Assembly: GCA_036172245.1 (NCBI GenBank)
Contig: JAYWIR010000029.1
Location: 434,001 to 498,000 of the forward strand
Direction of reading: 5' to 3'
Source of the DNA: Raillietiella orientalis
Taxonomy: Eukaryota
Length of the DNA: 64,000 bases
Both the position numbers and the translations under genes were made by a program. Under the pieces are notes generated by a model. It made no database searches. It was not told where the DNA came from and was given only the letters and a program-made list of their open reading frames with translations. Below are positions 55,292-64,000 of the stretch, piece after piece; positions within the stretch are counted from its first letter, which is position 1, and each line of letters opens with the position of its first letter.

Positions 55292-56967
55292 ATGGAAAGT
55301 CATTGTTCTCTATCACTATGGGAAGGTAAGAATAAAATTCTGTTCGGTTGCATTTCTCTCTAGATGTTTAGAAAAATGTAGTTGCTTCAGTTGTATCAGT
55401 AGTTAGGTTTCTTATAAAACCCTCACATGGGTGAAGAAAATGTTGGATTTTGACAGTTACTTTATATGAAAATTGTTATTCATAATATTCAGTAATAAAT
55501 GATTCCATTTTTGACGCAAACCTTGTTGTGGTAAAAACTTTCTCAAGGTTTTTGTTAATTCCTTTCAGATTTGAGAAAACAGGCACGCCATCTCGAGAAT
55601 GAGATAGATATTAAATTAAGCGCTTTTAGTAAACTAGGTGCTGGAATCACATCATCCTTTAATTCTTCTGGGTGAGTGAAATCTGGTTTGTGTAATGTAA
55701 ACATTGTTTTCGAATAGTCTATAAATATCAAATATGGAACCTATCCTGATAATTTGAAGAATTTGTAAAGTAAATGTAATTATCAGAATTTTTTCCCTTT
55801 ACTATGAATGAATCTTTCAAAACGCAAGCACAAAATTTATTGTATGCAGCTCTAATGTGCGGTTTACGTATCTATATAATTTGCAATTATTGTTGCTGTC
55901 TTGTAGTCCAGAATTGGTTCCACTTTTGAACACAGATCAAATGCTGGACTCAATGACTGCAGATTTGGAGCAGCTTTTTTCAAAAGTAAAATGATAAAAA
56001 GCATTATTAACATATTTCTAATTTTTATTTTTCCTTGGAAGTTGTCTAATGTTAATGAGAAGTTAGCTGAATTTGGTGCCAGTGCATCGCCTACAGCTAC
56101 CATTGTGCACACTATTCAGAGGCATCGAGACATATTACAGGAATATCAGCATGAATTTAGAACTACAAAAACAAATATTCAGCAGAAGCATGATAGAGAA
56201 GCTTTACTTAATGCTGCTAGCAAAAACATGGAGTAAGTGCTTTGCAATAAACTTTGGAGTGTATGATTATTAAATAATTTGCAATGCAGTTCAACAAAAG
56301 CATTGGATCTTTCTTGATGTATAATACAAAGTGATCAATAAGAGCATGCTCTTAATCCTTTTTGATAGAGAACTAGGACCTATTTATCTATTTCAGTTCA
56401 TACAAATCTGTTGGACTAAACAAACGGGCTGATTTGCTGATGAAGGAAAATGATCATCTTAAAAAGTAAGACTCATTTGTTGATCATGAAGTATGTTAGT
56501 GTGCGTTTGAGATTTCCTGGTGCTTTCTTTGTGTAGAGTGCTTCATAATCCAGACATGTATTTCTTTCAACTATTCCATTACGTATAATTCTTTATCTCT
56601 CTTCATTTCAGAATACTGCATTGAGAAAAACAGGTATTTGTATTACTAAATGATGAAGTTTTTATGAGAGATTTTCATGATGTATATCTGCTTAAACTTA
56701 TCAAATTCATGACATGAAATATTTTGTAGTTCCAGTCGTATGATTGATGAGCAGATCAATATTGCAATGGAAACTAAGGATCATTTATACAATCAGCGGG
56801 AAACGTTCAAGTTTATTCAGATCAGAATGAACAATTTAACAAGTCGTTTTCCTGTTATCAACAGCCTTCTGCACAGGATTGGAATTAAGAAGCGCAAAGA
56901 CTCTTTAATCATGGGATGTGTGATTGGCATGTGCTGTGTTCTTTTGTTAGGATATGTGCTATTGTGA
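55292..56967 (+). CDS. GOSR1: Golgi SNARE GOS28; exons 55292-55325, 55569-55671, 55907-55985, 56042-56232, 56397-56465, 56730-56967
   Basis: WE|DLRKQARHLENEIDIKL..HTIQRHRDILQEYQHEF..KENDHL..RFPVINSLLHRIGIKKRKDSLIMG plus a C-terminal transmembrane segment. Junctions are phase-consistent GT-AG. Confidence 0.96.
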
Positions 56968-57109
56968 AGGGATGTGGGCAGGATGATTCTGGTCAACATA
57001 AATATAATATTTTCCCTATTAGATGTTTGGCATTTCTGTTTTACTACATGCATCTTCTCAAAGAAGGTTTTTGAATAAGTGATACGATGATATAGGTTTA
57101 TTTGAAAAC

Positions 57110-58903
57110 ATGGAAGATGAATCTCAATCCTTTTTGGAGAAACAAGCCAAAAAAGGTATGAGAAGAGTGGATCCATCTAATAATACATGTATATATTGTA
57201 GAAGACATTCAGAACATTGTTGCCATCTTGTGCTATATTGTTGTGGTTGTCGTAGTAGGCATTCCTATGTGGTGGTATACCACTTATGTGTACAGAGCTA
57301 ATCTTCCTTATCTGGAAATTAACCAGCTGTCAAAAAGCAACATTATTTTTCCTATCACTATACAGGTGATAGGTGAAAGTTTGCCTGATCTCAGCAAAAT
57401 GAGGAAGGTTACTGCAAAGTTACCATCGAATGGTTAGTTCTTTTACAAAAAAATCATATTAATCAAGAGCACTAGTTCAGTTGGCTCTCAACAGTCGCAT
57501 TTACACACCTGAAGAATATAGCTTATTGCAACAATCCCATTCACTTTTTGAATTGGATGAGCATCTTCATTTACTTCCTGGCAACTCTAATGTTAGCACT
57601 CTTGCACTGTGGATTGTGCCAACAAAATTGTATTGGGGTCTCTTGGGACCACATGGAAGCCCTCCGTTTGTAGCAGGAAAATACAGAGGGATCTTTGTTG
57701 ATGGTCACCAGAGTAAGGAAAAGCAGCAAATTGCCTAGTACTTTCCACAGATTTAGCTGAAAGTGCTCTGCTTCTCAATATCTTGGATCTACTAGGTTGG
57801 GCAGATCTTTTCGATCTGAAACGAAATATTCAGCGTATAGATGCTCAGCCTCGTATAGATATCTTGTTTTCTTTATTGGTTCCAGAACCTAGGAATGAAA
57901 TGCTACAGTGGAATATAGCAGATGCAATCGATAGTGAGTGGAAGTTTGCTTATAAGAAGTTTTATGCACAAGTTTCTTTCCCTAGAATACTGGAAACAAG
58001 CATTACTGAAATTGCGTCCTTTAGTGGAAATAGATTTGAAATCACAGATACTTTTTTTTGCTAAGCTTCCTCTTGAACCATTATTCGATGTTTCAAGTCA
58101 TACTTACCAACTACCTTTAGATCAGTTGCCGCATTTATTAAAACCCATAGAAAGGCGTTTATCATCCCATATATCTGATCATCCTCAGTTGCATTTTTTA
58201 CTTTACTTGGTTCCAGCAGAACAACCTTTGAAAGTGATTGATTCTCCTTTCAATGCTTTTGTGTATTCACGTTGGGGCGGAATGCTGTTGTATAATAAGC
58301 AAATCAATCAGAGTATGGATATGGGACATATTATGTCGGTTTTTGGAAGCCAACTTAGGATCCTTCTGGGTTTAGAAAGTTCAGAGTATCAGCAAATAAA
58401 TGTTGGTTTGGGTGGAGTAGCTGATTGGGAATGGGATCTTCTTTGTAGACTCAGAATATTAGACAATCTTCTTAGGACACAACATACCTTGCAGGTATCT
58501 AAAGTTAAATCTTGTGATTAAACTAATCTTATAGTTGTAGTCTTTGGCTTCTTTATTAGCAAAAATAAGCAATATTGTCATAAGTGATAAAGTTGCTCAA
58601 AATGTGCATGCAGCCTTACAGGCACATGAAAAAAGTTTAAAACACCTTGAGGAAAACCAAATGATCGCTGCTCTTTCTAAAGCACAGCAAGCATTTCAGG
58701 CTTCTGAGGCTGCATTCTTTGATCCTAGCATGTTGTCACTGCTCTATTTTCCAGATGATCAAAAGTGAGTATGGAATGAAAGGTATAAACACACAAAAGC
58801 CAATTTCAGGTATGCCATTTATGTGCCATTGTTTGTACCTGTTAGCATTCCCATATTACTGTCTGCAAAAAAGCTGTATCAGAAGCATCTTGTTACAGGT
58901 TAA
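57110..58903 (+). CDS. PIGS: GPI transamidase subunit PIG-S; exons 57110-57155, 57202-57432, 57476-57712, 57751-57933, 57986-58494, 58541-58764, 58810-58903
   Basis: N-terminal TM followed by GIPMWWYTTYVYRANLP; AFVYSRWGG; QLRILLG; C-terminal [31 protein letters not shown]. All six introns are GT-AG, 38-52 nt. Confidence 0.96.
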
Positions 58904-60182
58904 AAAAAAAAACTTGGTTGTTCTTCTGAATCTTCTGAATCAGCTTCATTGGTCATACACATTTATACAAATGAGTGTCAAACAAGAGAATATTTGATTC
59001 TGAATATTAAATCGGAGATTTTCATTCTTATTATTAGTGCTTTCTGTATGCATTATGGAATTTTTCCATGTAGTTTGCATGAAGCTTGTAAGCCTTTTAA
59101 TAATAAAGCAGCACATGTTTCCTATCAGTGCTGAACATTCTGTACCTAAATATCCAGTTTGATTGTTGAACGTGATAACTGCTTCAAATTCAGATGTGTT
59201 TCAGTTCAATGTCATGATTTAGGTTAGTTTCTGTGCTCAACTTGATTAGTTAGATAGATAAATCTAGTGTATTCTTGCTGAGTATTCCATAATTGAGGAC
59301 ATTGTTTACAAACTGTTTGGTCAGGTTTTTAATTTAGTCTATTTATGCATATCTTTTTTGTGGCGGCATGGCTTATCCCATTTTTTTTTACATATATGTA
59401 AATGTAATAGTAAGTAGCTCATGAACTGGAAGGTTGAAATTTATAAAAATATTCTACCAGCTACATTGAAATGTTTGCATTTTAATCTTGCCTGCAGATA
59501 TAGTTGGAACTGCTTACTGTGGTACAGATGAAGACAGCATACAAATCAACATTAGTAGCTGATACAAAATGATCATTCTTCGCCGCGTCAAGAGTATTAA
59601 CAGTGAATGCATTCTTCGTGAATGCACATATCATCGTCGATATTTATGTGGCTAAAATGCAAGAGCACTGGCCATTCATTTTCTGGGAAACGTACGATCC
59701 TTTAAATCCGAAGATCCTAATTTAGAAAAGCAAATTAGTCACATTCATAGAGCTATCTTCCATTCCTAGAAGCTTTGCTTGAGTAATTACAAATCAAATG
59801 CAAATAGGTGAGCGACATAGATGACAATAATGCAGCTACGATTCCAAGATTGTGATCCACGAAAAAATGCTTTCCCGATGTATTCAGTAGTATTGGTACT
59901 GTTTCTGTACACCTGTATTCTGTGGTTTGTAATGTGATGCTGCCACATTTTGTTCCATTGTTGCTTTCTGCATTGTTTTCTTGTTTACGTCCATTGTTGG
60001 TTTATCCACTTTTCCCTGTACGTCGTTTCTGGCCATGAGCTGCGAGTCCGTGTGCGTACTGTGTTGTGTGTTTTCTAGGAGGACTGGAAATGTTTTTGTA
60101 CATCCACGTATGCATGGATTTAGAATGCACACAATGTGATAACGTGTTGAAAATGAGTTGTTTGAGAAACTGTTATTTTTAG

Positions 60183-60486
60183 GAGTGCCTTCTGATTTTG
60201 ATGCTGGTGCTAGCATCAGTAGAATTGTCATCAGCATGGTGCATTTTACCATATGAGCTAAGTCAGTTTGATTTAGAATATGACAGAACATTTGCTAACG
60301 AAAGAAGGGGATATAAAACATTTGGCATAGTGATCGATACAACGAATTCTATGATAAGAGCTATAGACTATGTTTACGAAACTGCAGCTGACACTCTTAG
60401 ATCTTTAAATACAGTACACAAAGGAAAGTTCTACCCTTTCCTTCTAGATGCATATGGTGACTGGGATGAGGGTACCAAAGATAGAA
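60183..60486 (+). CDS. Exon of a probable secreted von Willebrand factor A domain protein; remaining exons not found in the window
   Basis: Acceptor tttttag and donor gtgagt. A hydrophobic leader LLILMLVLASVELSSAW precedes FGIVIDTTNSMIRAIDYV (beta strand plus DxTxS MIDAS-like motif) and FLLDAYGD. Confidence 0.6.
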
Positions 60487-60829
60487 GTGAGTATGTTATA
60501 GTTTGTATGTGAATTTCACTTCATCATTCAGTACGTTGTTCTTGAAGATTAATTTTTGCAGGTTAGTTTTTGCAAGAGCTCATTTATAGATGTAATATTA
60601 GAACATCGGAAATACGTGAGTCACTACATTGGCAATACGATACAGGAAATATATGTTGTGAATTCTACTTATGCCTGCTTTAGCAAACAGAAGCATTTTC
60701 GTTAGTGTGTAAGAAATTGAGAAAATGAGTTTATGATAGAAATTCATTTGAATTGGTACAAGAAGAATCGAAATATTCTATGCTGAAATGTCTAAATTGC
60801 ATTTTGGCAGAATGGTGATTACAGAAGTT

Positions 60830-61180
60830 TTGCTAAACTTGCTCCCACATCTTTTTGATCAAAAACCGAGCAGAAGGGTTGCCTGCCAACTCTTCAGTGT
60901 ACAAACGAAAGAATCCCCATGCGGCAGTGAAACTACGTTTGACGAGTTTCTTATTGGAATATTCTAAATCTTTTCCATAGCTTCTTTCATTCCCGTGCGT
61001 TTCTCTGATCATGAAATTCCCCATGAGATTCTGAAGGCATCTGCTGAAACACCTCACTGAGAGGGAAATCTTTTCGGACAGCTGTTCTGTGTGAGAATGA
61101 AATAGGTCTGCGGAATAAACTATGGACTCAAACGTACAGTGGATTATGGAAAGGGTAGTGAATATCAGCGGGAAGATGAT
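60830..61180 (-). mobile_element. Decayed LINE RT fragment
   Basis: FPLIF....IVYSADLF resembles the PLLF...YADD region. The match is weak. Confidence 0.3.
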
Positions 61181-61219
61181 GCATTTGAGGATTCAATACG
61201 CGATTCTTTTCATAATTTT

Positions 61220-62245
61220 CTCACGCATCGTACATCTTCGATGACGCGCCCGGAAGACACCGACGTACTACCGGAAGCTGTATTCCTTCACACGGTTTGA
61301 TTTCGATTTTCCCCCAAGTCCCACAAGGGGTGGCATAAATTTATTTTTTCTTTTAACATTCACACTACATACTCATTCATTCACTTTTATTCCAAAATCA
61401 CTTGTGCCTTCTTAAAATTTCACTAACCTGGAGTTACAACACTTGGGTTCTGCATTAGGGTGGCTGGGAGTTGATTGGGCCTGAGCGTCATCTTCAATCC
61501 TTGTCAGGATGTGCCGATAGGTCCAGGCCTGCACTCTACCACAGTTCCTTATGTCGATCTCTTTCTGGATAATCCCTTTCAAAATTTCCATGAGAGATGC
61601 GGCCATTCTGTGTTCTTCACTTTCCACCATCTTATGAGGATGGCGGTGATGCATAGGGCAACGGCCATCCTAACCATGGGGTTGTAACAGGGGACGTTTC
61701 CGATTCCCTGGAACATCTTGTCTAGGACTTCCGTTGGCGAGTAGTTTTGCAGTCCTATGACCCTTTTCAGGGTCTTCCAGTCTTGATGCATTGTGGGGCA
61801 GGTCAAGACGTGAGGTCTTGTGTCCACATCCTTGCAAGCTCTGCAGTCCTCATCCTGTCTTGCTCCTGTAAAATACTTTAATCTGGACCCGCTCAGGATT
61901 CCTCCGTGATAAAACATCAGGAGGTTATCCTGGGTGTCCGGCGGTAGGTCACTCCAGATTGTGGTTCCGACCGCCAGGGGATTGACAAAGTCAGCCACGT
62001 GGCGATGGACAGCTTCCTGGAGGGCAGTGGTGTCTTCATCTTCTCTTATGATGCAGCATAGATTTTTCTTGGTTACCCTAGACCACGCGTGGTTGTTGTG
62101 GTTTTTCCACACTTCGCGGATCTTGCAGGTGAACTTTCCCGTCATCATGTCTATGTATCGACGTATGCGGGAATGGTGATATCCACTCCGCTCCCACTGT
62201 TGAATTCTGTGTAGGGTGACTCTGGGCCGTTGGTAGATCCAGCTC
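61220..62245 (-). mobile_element. 3' part of a Tx1/L1-like LINE ORF2 (zinc finger and tail) plus downstream sequence
   Basis: CRACKDVDTRPHVLTC is a CCHC of the type found after LINE RT domains. The tail continues across a frameshift to a stop at 61412. AATAAA words follow, then a GC-rich segment similar to 34997-35045. Confidence 0.8.
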
Positions 62246-63181
62246 TACAATGTGATTTCGATTCAGCCAGGGAATTGATTGCAGTTTGCTTTAGAAATCA
62301 GCCGCTGAGTATCAGCAGCCACATTTTATAAAAGTAAAAAAAGTGGCACATTTTTCTTGTATCAGTGTCGCGAATGTTACATTTCTGGAATCCTTAGACG
62401 TAAAGAGTATTTTTCGTCTGGTCTCTTTGACTTTGCATGAATATGAATTTTTTAACACATAATCATCAGTGAAATGCAGCAGATCTATCAATAAATAACC
62501 ATTTCCTCTATTTCCTTCGAAACAGTGACCAATGCTAAAGCAAATACAATTTGAGACCGCAGCATCTACAAATGGTTAGGCCGGTCGTAATTCATCTGAT
62601 TTTCTGGATGAATCATTGGCGAACCGGCGTTTGCGAATTTATAGAGATTGCACATTCTGAATTAGAATCAAACTTGAATTTCGGATTCGAGCACGTTTTA
62701 CATCGTAAAGTTAGCTCCAATCATAAAAGACGTATTCAAGCATGCCCCACTTGTTCACCCTAATGCCTACGTAATTCCATATTGAAACGGAGAAGGAAGC
62801 ATGAATAACAAGCAAATTTTGAATTCTTAAGAAATGGGTGGCAAACAGAATCAAAGGAAGAAATAATATTCAACTGAAGTTGTACAATGGCATTCCACTC
62901 TCAGATTATGCAAGATATATGCTTCATACGATAACTTATGAAAGCAACTTTTGGATTGCTGTTTCAATTTTATCGGTAAACCTCTTGAAACGATCCACTG
63001 CTGATTCAATAAAAAAGAAAAAAAAAAACAGCATTAAGCTGTTGCAAACATTTGAATATCATGAGGGCAGGTACAACAAATAGATGGAAAGAATGGCAAT
63101 ATGCACTCTGGATTTGTTTCTATGTGATAAATTCATTTTCTTCCTCCTATACGAAAGATTGACAGCGCCGGAGTCTTCGCA

Positions 63182-63237
63182 AAACTTGAGATAGTAAAGT
63201 TGAGATAGTAAACTTCGTAAACTTGAGATAGTAACTT
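63182..63237. repeat. Short tandem repeat, about 3 copies of AAACTTGAGATAGT
   Basis: Read directly from the sequence. It lies at the 3' side of the minus-strand LINE remnant. Confidence 0.8.
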
Positions 63238-64000
63238 GGGAAAATTCTACTTTGAATCCAAGATCTAACCGAACCTCGACACAGTACATTCCTCAAGTGC
63301 AGTTTTCACTGTGATCAGGACCTGAAGTTAAATTGCATTGGAAGTTCTCCGAGAAGATTTCCTCAAACTTCATGAGCCAAACCATACGTTAACCGAGACC
63401 CGTCTTCAGGAAATGGACAAGTCCTTTTCTGCTATTTCGGTGACACATACTAGAGCGACATAGCATTTTGCAGACCCAGAAAAACGGAAGCTTCCACAAA
63501 TACAAAACCCTGTTACAATCAAAAAGAAGGTTCTTTCAGATTAATTTCAAAACTCTGTAGCAGACTTAACAGCGACTTCTGGTAAAAGGCAAATGATTCG
63601 TGATACGCTAACTTGAGAACTACTTTCCACTTGCCAGGAATTCTCAAATAATCCAGATTTGATAGTTCTGAAATCCTGTCCTCTGAAGGTGCTCTTCCTC
63701 CCATTCTTGACTAGGTTTTTTCATTTGTGGAAACTCTAGTTTTACCAAAGAACTTGAATACAAGAAATGGGAAGACCGTCTTGTAGATTCAGCCGACACT
63801 CGTTCAAGTATGCACCACCAACAAACAAATTTTCTCGTTTTGTGTTTAGTTGGAGTAGCTGATACAAAGGAAGATCTGCTGAAAATACTCCATATCATAA
63901 AGAAAACTACACATGGAGGAGATGAATTTCCAGAAACATTGTTTCACACGCTCGATGAAGTTGTACTTTCAATGGTACAACGAAGGTATGTATAATGTTC
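63230..64000 (-). mobile_element. Decayed L1/Tx1-like RT C-terminal region
   Basis: YTYLRC (YLG-like), KP..MGG (GG motif region) and a degenerate C..C..HFL finger occur in the expected order with frameshifts. Confidence 0.45.

Noticed and set aside
11719..58903. U12-type (minor) introns in the reconstructed genes
   Set aside because: No reconstructed intron has the RTATCCTT donor; all are ordinary GT-AG.

Overview
AT-rich animal genomic DNA. The protein sequences look arthropod-like, possibly chelicerate, but that is inference. There is no CRISPR array, rRNA or intact tRNA gene. By splicing exons by hand I reconstructed these genes: the last two exons of an RBM24/RBM38-like gene (+), MED30 (-), RBM22 (+), MOB1 (-), an intronless Camello/NAT8-like GNAT (-), THUMPD2 (-), YAE1 (+), GOSR1 (+), PIG-S (+), and one exon of a probable secreted VWA-domain protein (+). 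Between them lie decayed mobile elements: a Helitron/Helentron-type Rep-PIF1 element, a nearly complete Tx1/L1-clade LINE, and many LINE, integrase and DNA-transposon remnants. Four signals stand out. (1) A ~780-bp GC-rich element on the minus strand (51495-52276) with a tRNA-like Pol III head, a dimeric body and many UNCG-tetraloop hairpins. (2) A Tx1-like LINE family in which the ORF2 tail is followed by a 5'UTR-like segment in two separate copies, suggesting a head-to-tail or pseudo-LTR architecture. (3) Very short introns of 38-48 nt. (4) Very tight gene packing: GOSR1 to PIG-S 142 bp, RBM22 to MOB1 60 bp. All calls come from reading and recalled motifs; no searches were run, so novelty is unverified.
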